Shown here: positions 25,226 to 35,294 of the stretch, one piece after another | Layout: every line of letters starts with the position of its first letter | How positions within the stretch are numbered: the stretch's first letter is position 1 | Source of the DNA: Acidobacteriota bacterium | GTDB lineage: Bacteria > Acidobacteriota > Thermoanaerobaculia > Gp7-AA8 > JAHWKK01 | Direction: 5' to 3' | Assembly: GCA_019347945.1 (NCBI GenBank) | Contig: JAHWKK010000001.1 | Coordinates: 67,299-131,298, forward strand | Length of the DNA: 64,000 bases | Position numbers and translations under genes: made by a program | The notes under the pieces: generated by a model | What the model was told of the DNA's origin: nothing | Database searches by the model: none | Seen by the model: only the letters and a program-made list of their open reading frames with translations

Positions 25226-27394
25226 TCAGGCCGTCGAATGATGCGGGATGTTGAGCACGAGGACGGGGCAGGGGGCGTTCTCGAGGACGTGTTCGATCTT
25301 GGGCCCGAGGAAGAGCCGCTGCGTGCCGGCCTGGACGTCCGACCCGAGGATGATCAGATCGACGTCTCGCCGCTTGGCCAGATCGAGAATGACTCGTTCG
25401 GGATCCCGCCCGACGCGTACCTCGACGTCGGTCCGGATGTTCTGAGCCTCGCCCAGCTCCTCGAGTTGGGTGACGATCTGTCGGGCGTTACCGAACTGAC
25501 GCGTGAAGAGGGTGCTGTCGGGGTCGAGGGAGGCGAGACTCTCCTGCCGGGCGACGACGTTGAGCAGAGTGACGATGTCCTGCTCAGCGTGTGCGATTGC
25601 AAAGGAAAGCTCGGCAGCGCGGCGGGCTGCCATCGACCCGTTGGTCGGAACCAGAATCCGCTCCGGCGACCAGTCGGTGAAATGGCGGCTTCCCGACTGA
25701 ACCACGAGAGTCGGGCATGGGCTCACCCGGACGAGGTAATCGACCAGGGGGTTGAAGAGGACCTGGGACCGGTCCGCTTCCTCGGAAGCTCCGAGCACCA
25801 TCAGATCGAAGCCTCTCGCCGCCTCGTCGAGAATGATCTCGGAAGGAGAGGACCCTTCGACGACCCGCTCGATCAGATCGATCTCGGGGAACAGCTCGCT
25901 GACGCGATCGAGGAACTCCATGCCCTTCGCCTTCTCGCCGCTGCGCGTCACCGTCAGCAGCGTGAGCTCGATCTCATTCTCTTTCGAGAGCCGGGCGAGT
26001 ACCTCTGCTTCCACACGATAAGTCAGCGATGTCGTGTCGCGGAGGCGGATCGGGAGAAGGACGCGATGAATCCGGGCGATCAGACTCGCCTCGGTGCGTT
26101 CCTCACGGGTGAGCCGGTCGAGCTCTTCTGCGCTCGGCTCGACATGGCGGAGTACCCATCGGAGAGCTGAAGGGGCGAGCATCGCGTTGGTCATCGCCAT
26201 CAGGACGATGATCGCGAACATGTCCGGCGAAAAGACCTCCAGGGAAAGCCCGATCGTCGCGATGATGATGTCCATCGCGCCGCGAGTATTGAGCCCCGCC
26301 GCGAATGCGAGGGAGTGCCAGTGGTCCTTTCGACCGATGAAGCGGGCGCCGACATAGGCGCCGACTCCCTTTCCGAACACCGTTGCACCGATGACGGCGC
26401 CGGCAGCTCCCAGCATCGAGGGATTCGACAGATCGGCGAGATTCACCTTCAGCCCCGCCACCGCGAAAAAGATCGGAGCGAAGACGCCGAGCGCGATGCT
26501 CTCGAGCTTTTCCGTGGTCTCCGCAGAGAGTCGTCGCATCTGGCGCAGCACGATTCCGATGACGAACGCGCCGAGAACCGCCTCGAGATGAATCGCCTGC
26601 GCGATCGCTCCCCAGGCGAACATCAGGACGACGACGAGCGTCAGAAAACGGTCTGCGCCCGAGACGTGGTCACCGACGAGATCGATCAGCTTGCGAACGA
26701 TGATGCGACCAAGGAAAAAGCTCAGCACCAGGAACAGCAGAACGCCCCCGGCGCTCTGCACGACACTCGTGAGCCCGATGCCATGCCCTGCCGCGAGACC
26801 CGCGACGACCGAAAGTATGATCCAGCCGATCGTGTCGTCACTCATGCCCGCGGCGATCAGAGTCTGACCGATGTCGCGTCGAATGAGACCTAGGTCGATG
26901 ACCACTTTGGCGATGACCGCAATTGCCGAGATCGACATCGCCGTTCCGAGAAAAAGGGCGAACACCGTTCGCTGGTCCGGGTTCGCGAGCAGAAAATCGG
27001 GAAGCTGCGTCCCGACCAGATAGCCCGTGGTGAAGGTCAGAGCAATCCCGCAAAGGGAGACGCCGAAGGCGGTTCGCGCATGCCTTCGGATCAGCGAGAG
27101 GTCGGTCTCGATGCCGGTGATGAGCATCAGAAACATCGCGCCGATCAGACTGATGACCTCGAGCAGATAGCCCTGAACATCCGTCTGCGGAATGATCCAG
27201 ATTCCGAACGCGGGGATCACCGAGCTCAGCAGCGAGGGTCCCAGAACGATGCCGGCGAGGATCTCGCCGACGACTGCCGGCTGTCCGAGCTTTTTCGACA
27301 CCTCGCCCAACGCCCGTGCCGTGAACAGCAGCACTGCGATCTGAAGAACGAGCTTCAGGATGTCCGCGTGAGGTGCAGCCGTGAAAGTTTCCAT
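25226..27394 (-). CDS. CPA2-family cation:proton antiporter fused to tandem universal stress protein (UspA) domains.
   Basis: The N-terminal roughly 400 aa are polytopic and Kef/NhaP-like (GEILAGIVLGPSLL). The C-terminus has two Usp-like modules, ILVPTNGS...ELSFAIA and PCPVLVL. Confidence 0.85.
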   Translation of the reverse strand: METFTAAPHADILKLVLQIAVLLFTARALGEVSKKLGQPAVVGEILAGIVLGPSLLSSVIPAFGIWIIPQTDVQGYLLEVISLIGAMFLMLITGIETDLSLIRRHARTAFGVSLCGIALTFTTGYLVGTQLPDFLLANPDQRTVFALFLGTAMSISAIAVIAKVVIDLGLIRRDIGQTLIAAGMSDDTIGWIILSVVAGLAAGHGIGLTSVVQSAGGVLLFLVLSFFLGRIIVRKLIDLVGDHVSGADRFLTLVVVLMFAWGAIAQAIHLEAVLGAFVIGIVLRQMRRLSAETTEKLESIALGVFAPIFFAVAGLKVNLADLSNPSMLGAAGAVIGATVFGKGVGAYVGARFIGRKDHWHSLAFAAGLNTRGAMDIIIATIGLSLEVFSPDMFAIIVLMAMTNAMLAPSALRWVLRHVEPSAEELDRLTREERTEASLIARIHRVLLPIRLRDTTSLTYRVEAEVLARLSKENEIELTLLTVTRSGEKAKGMEFLDRVSELFPEIDLIERVVEGSSPSEIILDEAARGFDLMVLGASEEADRSQVLFNPLVDYLVRVSPCPTLVVQSGSRHFTDWSPERILVPTNGSMAARRAAELSFAIAHAEQDIVTLLNVVARQESLASLDPDSTLFTRQFGNARQIVTQLEELGEAQNIRTDVEVRVGRDPERVILDLAKRRDVDLIILGSDVQAGTQRLFLGPKIEHVLENAPCPVLVLNIPHHSTA

Positions 27395-27411
27395 GAAAAA
27401 AACAGCGGAGC

Positions 27412-27855
27412 TCAGCCGCCGGTCGACCGGGCTTCGGTCTCTGCGACGACGGTGCCGATATGGCCGGCGATGTCGTTTCCGGAGTGAACCGCCCGGATCT
27501 TCTTATCACGCCGGATGTAAAAGGTGACCCTTCGAGCCAGACCCAGCAGCGGAATGCCCACCCCGTAGTCACTGATCACGCTGCCGCCGCGATCCCCGAC
27601 GAGCGGATATGGAAGATCGAGGCTTCGCGCGAAGGCGTCGCTCTTTTTCTGTCTGTCGTTGGACACACCAACGACGGCGACACCGACCTTCTTCAGCTCT
27701 TGGTAGATCCGGCGAAACTCGCCGGCCTCGAGCGTTCAGCCGGGTGTAAACGCCTTCGGAAAGAAGAAGACTGCGACGTCGCTGGTCTCGAGCAGCGCAT
27801 GCAGCCGGGTCTCGGCGATCTCGAAGTCGGGCGCCTCGTCACCTCGTTTGAGCAT
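27412..27855 (-). CDS. bcp: Bcp-type 1-Cys peroxiredoxin with TGA in place of the peroxidatic Cys codon, a candidate selenoprotein.
   Basis: The translation is MLKRGDEAPDFEIAETRLHALLETSDVAVFFFPKAFTPG-[TGA 27736-27738]-TLEAGEFRRIYQELKKVGVAVVGVSNDRQKKSDAFARSLDLPYPLVGDRGGSVISDYGV... It aligns colinearly with E. coli Bcp, YPKAMTPGCTVQACGLRDNMDELKKAGVDVLGISTDKPEKLSRF, and the TGA falls exactly on the peroxidatic Cys. The ORF track splits this gene into two fragments, 27736-27999 and 27412-27666. Confidence 0.6.
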
Positions 27856-29824
27856 GGATCGCTTCCTCTCCGCGAATGTGCCGGATGAACGGATCGTTGC
27901 TGATGGGGCGGCCCAGAAACGCTTCGACCGAATCCATCCCCGGGCGCTCCGCTCCCCGGGCCAGAATCTCGTTGCGAAACCTGCGACCGGTTTCTGCATC
28001 CATGAGATCGTCGCCGAAGGCGCTCAGCAGATCGTAGGCGATGGCTTCGGACCAGAGGTAACCGTAATAGCCGGCAGCATAGCCGCCTGCGAGATGACCG
28101 AAGGAGGCGGGAAACCGGGTTTGATCGACGTAGCCGAGAGGAGTCTGCCCCTCCATCTCGGACCAGACATCGCCCGAGGGGGCCGGCGCCGGACCGGAGA
28201 GCCGCATGTCGAATGTTGCGTAGAGGTGCTGTCGGGCATAGTGAACTCCTCGTCCGAGCGACCGCGCGCCGTCGAGGCGCTCGATCAACTCCTGGCTCAC
28301 CCGCGGAGCATGCGGAGCCACCTCGGAAAGGACGGCGAATCCCGCGGGCCGGCGCGCCCACCACTCGAACATCTGCGAAGGGGCTTCGACGAAGTCGCGC
28401 TCGACGCTCGTCCCGGCGTGGTGAACGAACCAGGTCTCGGACAGAACGCCATGAAGGACGTGACCCATCTCGTGAAAGAGGGTCTCCACTTCGGAATGAG
28501 TCAGCCCGCGCCTCTCGAAATTGGCCACGAGAACGCTGATCGGAGTCCGGCCGATCCGCCGGGCAGAGCCGCGCAGTGGCCACGCCGCAGCGTGCTTGAA
28601 TTTCCCCTCTCGCGGGAAAAGGTCGAGGTAGATCGTTCCGATGAAGCCGTGATCCCGCTCGTCATGGAGGTCGTAGGCGATCACGTCCGCCTCCCACAGC
28701 GGCGCGTCGACTCTCTCGAAGCGGACTCCGTAGAGTCTTCGAGCGGTCTCGATGACCCAGTTCACCGACTCCAGCGTCGGAAAATACTGTCGGGTCTCTT
28801 CCTGATCGACATCGTAGACGCGCTTGCGAAGACGCTCGGTGAAGTAGGGGAGATCCCAGCGGTGAAGTTCCACCTCCGCGGGGCTCGCCCGCTCCTGTCT
28901 GGCCATCTCCAGCCGGATCTCGTCGAGATCGGCTTTCTCGCGTTGCCGTACCTGAGCGAATACTTCTTCCAGAAAACGCCTGACCGCCTCGGGCGTCCGG
29001 GCCATTCGTCTGCGAATGACGTGGTCCGCGAACGAAGGTAGCGAGTAGATGTCCGCGAGCTCGGCTCTGAGGCTCGTGAGCTCGTCGAGGATCTCGAGAT
29101 TTCGCTGACCGCCGCGCTGGTGAAACGCCATGTAGAGCCTGCGACGTGCGTCGGCATTGCCGACGTTCATCATGAAGGGGTGATAGTCGGGATAGTCGAG
29201 ACCGACGAGCACCTTGTCACCGTCCTGCTCGAGCCGATCGATAATCACCGGTGGAAGGCCGGCGACCTCCTCTCGACTGAAGGAAAGTTTTGGTGATTCC
29301 TCCCGGATGTTGCGGGCGAATTCCTGCTCGAGCTCGGAAGAGCGGGCGACGATCTCCCGGATTCTCTCGCGACGATCGGCCGGCAGATGAGCTCCATTGT
29401 CCTCGAACTCTTCGAGAAGATCCCGTCGAAGCTTCCGGGAGACGTCGGTCGAGGGATCGGACCGGTCGACGAGCTCGAAGAGCTTCTGGTTCTGAAAAAT
29501 GTCGTTGATGAACGATGCGTATCTGATCAGCGCATCCTCGGCAACCCTCCGGACCTCGGGAGACGGATGAACCTCGGAAAACAGCGACGCCGGGCCGAAG
29601 GCGTCCTCGAGCTCGACCTCGAGATCATCCCAGAGATCGAGGATCTCGGATGGTTCTGCACTTTCGATCTTCGCGACGCGGGCGCGACCATCCGAGAGAG
29701 AGCTTTCGCACAGCCGCGCGAGTGCTGTCGCGTCCGGAATCGGAACTCTCGGCCGCGTGTCGATGGATTCGTTCACAATGGTCATTTTGCCCGATTGTGT
29801 GCCACCTTCCGGCGTAATGTCCAC
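27839..29824 (-). CDS. M3-family zinc metallopeptidase, oligopeptidase A/Dcp-like.
   Basis: HEMGHVLH is the HExxH zinc motif. The protein is about 660 aa and M3 folds align along the whole length. Its 3' end overlaps the bcp start by 17 nt. Confidence 0.9.
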   Translation of the reverse strand: MDITPEGGTQSGKMTIVNESIDTRPRVPIPDATALARLCESSLSDGRARVAKIESAEPSEILDLWDDLEVELEDAFGPASLFSEVHPSPEVRRVAEDALIRYASFINDIFQNQKLFELVDRSDPSTDVSRKLRRDLLEEFEDNGAHLPADRRERIREIVARSSELEQEFARNIREESPKLSFSREEVAGLPPVIIDRLEQDGDKVLVGLDYPDYHPFMMNVGNADARRRLYMAFHQRGGQRNLEILDELTSLRAELADIYSLPSFADHVIRRRMARTPEAVRRFLEEVFAQVRQREKADLDEIRLEMARQERASPAEVELHRWDLPYFTERLRKRVYDVDQEETRQYFPTLESVNWVIETARRLYGVRFERVDAPLWEADVIAYDLHDERDHGFIGTIYLDLFPREGKFKHAAAWPLRGSARRIGRTPISVLVANFERRGLTHSEVETLFHEMGHVLHGVLSETWFVHHAGTSVERDFVEAPSQMFEWWARRPAGFAVLSEVAPHAPRVSQELIERLDGARSLGRGVHYARQHLYATFDMRLSGPAPAPSGDVWSEMEGQTPLGYVDQTRFPASFGHLAGGYAAGYYGYLWSEAIAYDLLSAFGDDLMDAETGRRFRNEILARGAERPGMDSVEAFLGRPISNDPFIRHIRGEEAIHAQTR

Positions 29825-29905
29825 GGCCCCGTGCGACGCTCCGTCGCTCTCGACGAATCGAAAATCGCGAGATCGAGACTCGAGGCGGCCTGAATGCGCG
29901 CCGGC

Positions 29906-32338
29906 TCAGTTGCTCTCGAGTGCAGGCTCGATCGGGCGGCTGGCCCGGGCGGCGCGCTCGACCGTCTTCTGCTGGTCGGCCTCCTTCGCAAGAAGCGCGA
30001 TGTCGAGGACCTGCTCGACGTTCTCGACGAAGTGAAACTTCATGTCTCTCTTCAGCGGCTCGGGTACTTCTACGAGATCCCGTTCGTTCAGCTTCGGAAG
30101 GATGATGGTGTTGAGGCGGGCGGCCCGCGCGGCCATCACCTTCTCTTTGACACCACCGATGGGAAGCACCTCGCCGCGAAGCGTGACCTCGCCCGTCATG
30201 GCGATGTTTCGCCGCACCGGCTGGTGTGTCAGGACGGAAATGATCGCGGCGGTGATCGTAATGCCCGCGGAGGGCCCATCCTTCGGAATCGCACCCGCGG
30301 GAACGTGAATGTGGATGTCGTGCTCCTCGAAAAATCCGGGTGGAATGCCCCGATCCTCTGCATGAACGCGTGCATAGGTGAGCGCCGTCTGCGCGGATTC
30401 TTTCATGACGTCGCCGAGCTGACCGGTGAGCTGAAGCTTCCCCTTGCCCTGAACCGCGGTCGCCTCGATGAACAGAATGTCGCCACCGACGGCGGTCCAG
30501 GCGAGACCGGTCGCGACGCCGATCTGATCCCGCTCCAGAAGCTCCTCCGCATAATGGCGCATTGGCCCGAGGAACTTCTCGACGACGGCCTCGGTGATTC
30601 TGTAGGACTCTTTTGCATTTCCTTCGGCCACCTCGACGGCGATTTTGCGGCAGATCCGGCCGAGCTCACGCTCGAGATTTCGCAGCCCCGCCTCCTTCGT
30701 ATAGCCCGCGATGACGCGCATGATGCCGCTGTCGGTCCAGGTGATCTCGACATCGGCGATCCCGTTCTCGTCTTCCTGTTTGGGAATCAGATGTCGCCTG
30801 GCGATCATGATCTTTTCCTCGTCGGTGTAGCCCGAGAGGCGAATCACTTCCATCCGGTCGAGGAACGCGGGCTGAATCGTATCGAGAACGTTCGCCGTGA
30901 CCACGAACATCACGTTGGAAAGATCGTACTCGACGCCGAGATAATGATCGCGGAAGGAGTCGTTCTGCTCGGGATCGAGAACCTCGAGAAGCGCGGAGGA
31001 GGGGTCGCCGCGGTAATCGGCTCCGATCTTGTCCACCTCGTCGAGCATGAAGACCGGGTTCGACGTTCCGGCCTGATTGATCCCCTGCAGGATGCGCCCC
31101 GGAAGAGCCCCGACGTAGGTCCGGCGGTGGCCGCGGATCTCGGCTTCATCCCGGACGCCGCCGAGCGAAATGCGAACGAACTTCCGGTCGAGCGCGCGTG
31201 CGATCGATTTTCCGAGAGACGTCTTTCCAACGCCGGGAGGGCCGACGAAACAGAGGATCGGTCCCTTCATGTCGGCGCCCTTCAGTTTCCGGACCGCGAG
31301 GTACTCGAGAATCCGTTCCTTGATCTTCTCGAGGTCGTAGTGATCTTCGTCGAGGATTTTCCGCGCCCGCTGGAGATCGAGATTGTCCTCGGACATCACG
31401 CCCCACGGCAGGCCCGTCATCCAATCGAGGTAGGTCCGGATGATCGAGGTCTCCGCGGAGTCCGGATGTGAGCGCTCGAGCCGCTTGATCTGCTTCTCGA
31501 CCTCCTCCTTCGCTCCCTCCGGCATCGCCTTTTCCTTGATCTTCTGGTAATAACCGGCGACCTCCTCAGCGAGATCCTCACCTTCTCCGAGCTCGCTCTG
31601 AATGGCCTTCATCTGCTGGCGGAGGAAGTACTCGCGCTGCGACTTGTTCATCTCCCCCTGAGCCGCCGACGAGATCTCCTGCTGCATCTGAAGGAGATTG
31701 ATCTCGCGGATGAGCAGCTCGTTGACGCGCTTGAGTCGTTCGAGCGGATCGAGAAGCTCGAGCAGCTCCTGGGCTTCTTCGAGCTTGAGGTCGAGATTGG
31801 AAGCGGCCAGATCGGCGAGTCTCGCCGGATCGTCCAGATTCGCAGCGATGACCATCACCTCCGGCGAGACGTTTTTCCCGAGCCCGACCGAGTTGTCGAG
31901 GTTCTGCTTGATGGCGCGGATCATCGCCTCGACCTCGAGCGTTTTCTCCTCGACCTCCCTCTCCTCGAGCCGGGTGATCTTCGCCTTGAAGAATGGTGCG
32001 GTCTGAATGAAGTAGTCGATCCGGGCGCGGCTCAGGCCCTGGACGAGAATTCTGATCCGCCCGTCCGGCAGCTTGAGCATCCGCATGATGATCGCCACCG
32101 TCCCGATCCGATAGAGGTCATCCTCTCCTGGGTCTTCGTGCTGATAGTCCTTCTGAGCAGCGAGCATGATGACGCGGTTTTCGGCAAGCGCCTGGTCGAC
32201 GGCGTTGATCGATTTCTCGCGCGATACCGACAACGGCACAATGATGTACGGGAAGGTCGCGAGATCCTTCAGCGGCAGGACCGGCAGGACGTCGGGGATC
32301 TTGATGGCTTCTTCGGCTGGCGGCTGTTGTTCAGACAT
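29906..32338 (-). CDS. lon: ATP-dependent Lon protease.
   Basis: A LON N-terminal domain is followed by an AAA+ module with Walker A GPPGVGKTS, and then the S16 protease domain with DGPSAGITITAAIIS and PIGGVKEKV. The start is at MSEQQ (32338). Confidence 0.95.
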   Translation of the reverse strand: MSEQQPPAEEAIKIPDVLPVLPLKDLATFPYIIVPLSVSREKSINAVDQALAENRVIMLAAQKDYQHEDPGEDDLYRIGTVAIIMRMLKLPDGRIRILVQGLSRARIDYFIQTAPFFKAKITRLEEREVEEKTLEVEAMIRAIKQNLDNSVGLGKNVSPEVMVIAANLDDPARLADLAASNLDLKLEEAQELLELLDPLERLKRVNELLIREINLLQMQQEISSAAQGEMNKSQREYFLRQQMKAIQSELGEGEDLAEEVAGYYQKIKEKAMPEGAKEEVEKQIKRLERSHPDSAETSIIRTYLDWMTGLPWGVMSEDNLDLQRARKILDEDHYDLEKIKERILEYLAVRKLKGADMKGPILCFVGPPGVGKTSLGKSIARALDRKFVRISLGGVRDEAEIRGHRRTYVGALPGRILQGINQAGTSNPVFMLDEVDKIGADYRGDPSSALLEVLDPEQNDSFRDHYLGVEYDLSNVMFVVTANVLDTIQPAFLDRMEVIRLSGYTDEEKIMIARRHLIPKQEDENGIADVEITWTDSGIMRVIAGYTKEAGLRNLERELGRICRKIAVEVAEGNAKESYRITEAVVEKFLGPMRHYAEELLERDQIGVATGLAWTAVGGDILFIEATAVQGKGKLQLTGQLGDVMKESAQTALTYARVHAEDRGIPPGFFEEHDIHIHVPAGAIPKDGPSAGITITAAIISVLTHQPVRRNIAMTGEVTLRGEVLPIGGVKEKVMAARAARLNTIILPKLNERDLVEVPEPLKRDMKFHFVENVEQVLDIALLAKEADQQKTVERAARASRPIEPALESN

Positions 32339-32449
32339 TTCGATGTGGGTCGATCCCGAGGAGCGGATGAAGTGGCTTTTGCGCTGCAACCGCTGTTCCC
32401 AACAGTAACAGGGAAGCGCGGCGAGGTCTCCTTCCGGTACGGCGAACCT

Positions 32450-32938
32450 TCAATCCGACGATCCCTCGGATGCGTCGGGGCTCCCCGCTTTCTCTCTCAG
32501 CTCTTCGAGCTCTTCGAGAAATTCGTCGACGTCCTCGAACCGTCGGTAAACGGAGGCGAAGCGGATATAGGCAATCTTGTCGAGTGCCTTGAGCCGGTCC
32601 ATGACGATGGTACCGAGCTGGCTGCTCGAGATCTCCCGCTCCGCCGAGTCCTGAATGGTCAGCTCGATGTCGTCGGCGAGCGTTTCGAGGTCGTCGGCCG
32701 AAACGGGGCGTTTTCTGCAGGCGATCATCAGCCCCTGCTTCAGCTTTTCGCGATTCCACGGCTCGCGTCGCTCGTCGCGCTTGATCACGACGAAAGGGGT
32801 CAGCTCGATCTTTTCGTAACTGGTGAAGCGCCGTTCACAGGCGAGGCACTGGCGCCTCCGGCGGATCACGTCTCCTTCGCGGCTCTCGCGCGAGTCGACG
32901 ACCCGGTCGCGGTCAAACCCGCAAAACGGACACTTCAT
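32450..32938 (-). CDS. nrdR: Transcriptional repressor NrdR.
   Basis: The N-terminus MKCPFCGFDRDRVVDSRESREGDVIRRRRQCLAC is the zinc ribbon, and an ATP-cone domain follows. Confidence 0.9.
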   Translation of the reverse strand: MKCPFCGFDRDRVVDSRESREGDVIRRRRQCLACERRFTSYEKIELTPFVVIKRDERREPWNREKLKQGLMIACRKRPVSADDLETLADDIELTIQDSAEREISSSQLGTIVMDRLKALDKIAYIRFASVYRRFEDVDEFLEELEELREKAGSPDASEGSSD

Positions 32939-32945
32939 GGTCTTC

Positions 32946-34034
32946 TTATACCACCGTACCGGCCCCTCCGGGTTTCGGGAGAGTTTCGTCGCCCTTCTCG
33001 GCCTCCGCCTCCGCCTCCTTCTCGATCGTTTCGAGAAGCTTCCAGGAAAGCCCTTCTTTCGCGAACATCATTGTTCCGCAGACGATGACCGGCAGCGTTC
33101 CGACGACGTGATAGACGAGCGCGATCGCTACGGAAGCGTCCACCGTGAAACCGTAGAAATTGACCAGAACGAGCTGACAGATCTTATGGAATCCGCCGAC
33201 GCCGCCTGGGGTCGGTATCGCGAATCCGATGACCGTCATCGCCGTCATGAAAAAGCTGGCCACCAGGGGGAGCGGACGGCCAACCGACAGCATGACGAAG
33301 TAGAACTGCGTCGTCAGGCAGAGCCAGACGCCGAGCGTGAGGACGATGACCGTGATGAATTGCCTTCTCGATCCGCGAAAGCGAAGAGAGGTAATGAAGG
33401 ACTCCGCCATGTTTCCGAGGCTCTCCCGCAGACGAAGGGGGAGAATCTTGCCGAGAAAGGCGATGTGCCGCCGCACGGTGGGCTGAAAAAGAGTGGCCGA
33501 AATGATCACGAAGGCGAGCCCGGCCAGAAGGAGGAGCGCAACCGATCCCGTCGTGCGAATGAAGGAAGCCTTCGCCGGTTCGAGTGGAGGGCCGGACCAG
33601 AGTGTCACCGCTACGAAAATCAGAAAGAGCGAGATGATCGACGTGAGGTCGAGCACGCGCTCGGTGACGACTGTCCCGAGCGCCGAGGAGAATCGAATTC
33701 CGGTTTTCTTGCGAAGCAGCGCCGAACGAACGAGATCTCCTGCCCGCACAGGAAGAATCGCTGACGACATGAACCCGATCGAGGTCGCGAAAAAAGTGTC
33801 GTAAACCCGCGGAGGCTCATCGGGACGGACGATGATTCGCCAGCGCAGAGTTCGGAAAAGAAGCGCAAGGCCATTGATGACGAATGCGATGGCCAGCCAG
33901 AAAGGATTCACGGCGGCGACGACCTCGGCCACCCCCCTGAAGTCGGCGTTGCGGAAGAAGAGATAGAGAAGGCCGATGGTCAGGACCGCGATGACGATCA
34001 GCCTGGTGGTGTGCTTCTGTCTTCGATCGGGCAC
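32946..34034 (-). CDS. Flippase-like membrane protein (lysylphosphatidylglycerol-synthase TM-region family, UPF0104).
   Basis: It has eight or more TM helices, including FGFAIPTPGGVGGF, which is typical of the TIGR00374/LPG_synthase_TM family. Confidence 0.7.
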   Translation of the reverse strand: MPDRRQKHTTRLIVIAVLTIGLLYLFFRNADFRGVAEVVAAVNPFWLAIAFVINGLALLFRTLRWRIIVRPDEPPRVYDTFFATSIGFMSSAILPVRAGDLVRSALLRKKTGIRFSSALGTVVTERVLDLTSIISLFLIFVAVTLWSGPPLEPAKASFIRTTGSVALLLLAGLAFVIISATLFQPTVRRHIAFLGKILPLRLRESLGNMAESFITSLRFRGSRRQFITVIVLTLGVWLCLTTQFYFVMLSVGRPLPLVASFFMTAMTVIGFAIPTPGGVGGFHKICQLVLVNFYGFTVDASVAIALVYHVVGTLPVIVCGTMMFAKEGLSWKLLETIEKEAEAEAEKGDETLPKPGGAGTVV

Positions 34035-34043
34035 GAAGCGTCT

Positions 34044-35219
34044 TCAGACCGACCTGGCGGCCGACGCATCCCTCATGCCGAGCGAGACGCGCTCCGCGAT
34101 CGCCGCTTTGTAGACCATCCCGAGATGGTCGATTCGGTGATCCACTGTGAATCGCCGGAGGATTCGCTCTCGCGCTGCTTGCCCGACGGCTTCCGCGCGG
34201 CCCGGGTCGCGATGAACTTCGATCAGCCCCTGGTAGAGAGCTTCCACGTCGCGCGGTGGCACCATCCATCCAACCTCCGCCGAATTGACGAGCTCGCGAT
34301 TTCCTCCGCAGTCGGTTGCGATCACCGGGATCGATAATGCCATTCCTTCGCGGATCGTACCGGTAATGCCCGTTCCATCCCACGACGCGTCCATGACGAC
34401 GTTGCAGGCGGAAAGCACGCGAGGCATGTCGCTTCGGAAACCGGTGAAGACGGTCGCCTCCCGAATCGCGAGCTCTTCCAGTACTCGCTCCATTCGTCGG
34501 TGCTCACCCGGCTTCGCCGCGCCGATCAGGAGCAGCTTCGCCCCGGGAACCTGCCGGTGAAAGCGTGCGAAGGACTCCATCGCCTCCCGATACCCCTTCC
34601 AGGGCCGGATCCCGACATGTGCGACGACGAAGTCGTCCGCTCCGAATCCCGCTTCCCGCCGGAAGTCGTTGCGATCCCACAGCGCAGGGTCGAACCGCTC
34701 AGGGTCCGTTCCTGCAAACACCGTCACGACGCGATCGGGATCGACCTGCCCGGTTCGTATGACGGTCCGCCGGATGCTTTCGCAGACGGTCACGATTCTC
34801 CCCACACGAGCCGACCGGTATTTCACCGCATTCATCCGGTTCAGCGGAAACGACACCCCTCGATTGACGATCAGTGCCGGAGCCGGATTGCCCGTCAGCG
34901 CCGCCAGGGCGAGCGAGTGGGCGCGCCCTTTGTGAACGTGGATAACGTCCGGCCGAGTCTCGTCGATGAGACGGCGAAGCCGGATCATCGAAACGATGTC
35001 GACGTCATTCCTGAAGGAGATCGCCCTGAACTCCACGCCCGCCTCTCGGCTGGCCTCCTGAAGGGCCCGGTTGAACCGCGTGGCGATGACCGTCCGATGC
35101 CCCGCAGCGGCCATGGCCGCCGCCGCCTGGAACATCTGGTTGACCGAGCCCGTGGAAAAACTGCTCTTGACGTTCAGATGAAGGACCGTCAGAGGAGTAA
35201 GATGGCCTGCCATTGACAT
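34044..35219 (-). CDS. Glycosyltransferase family 4 (GT-B, group 1).
   Basis: The C-terminal domain has the EGMALSIPVIATDCGGNRELV motif (E-x7-E region). Confidence 0.85.
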   Translation of the reverse strand: MSMAGHLTPLTVLHLNVKSSFSTGSVNQMFQAAAAMAAAGHRTVIATRFNRALQEASREAGVEFRAISFRNDVDIVSMIRLRRLIDETRPDVIHVHKGRAHSLALAALTGNPAPALIVNRGVSFPLNRMNAVKYRSARVGRIVTVCESIRRTVIRTGQVDPDRVVTVFAGTDPERFDPALWDRNDFRREAGFGADDFVVAHVGIRPWKGYREAMESFARFHRQVPGAKLLLIGAAKPGEHRRMERVLEELAIREATVFTGFRSDMPRVLSACNVVMDASWDGTGITGTIREGMALSIPVIATDCGGNRELVNSAEVGWMVPPRDVEALYQGLIEVHRDPGRAEAVGQAARERILRRFTVDHRIDHLGMVYKAAIAERVSLGMRDASAARSV

Positions 35220-35294
35220 TATTATGTGCGAACTCGGTTCGGTTGTTGGGGGCTCGGCCGCTCCCGGAATGCCGAGCCGAGGGTCAAACGTCTA

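Noticed and set aside
14791-27738. Global reassignment of TGA, as in genetic code 4 or 25, as the explanation for the two in-frame TGAs.
   Set aside because: TGA is a bona fide stop for many well-supported genes in this window, including lpxL, ykgJ, the DUF1844 gene, the M28 peptidase and the BNR gene. Only two catalytic-Cys positions carry an in-frame TGA, which fits Sec recoding and not code reassignment.
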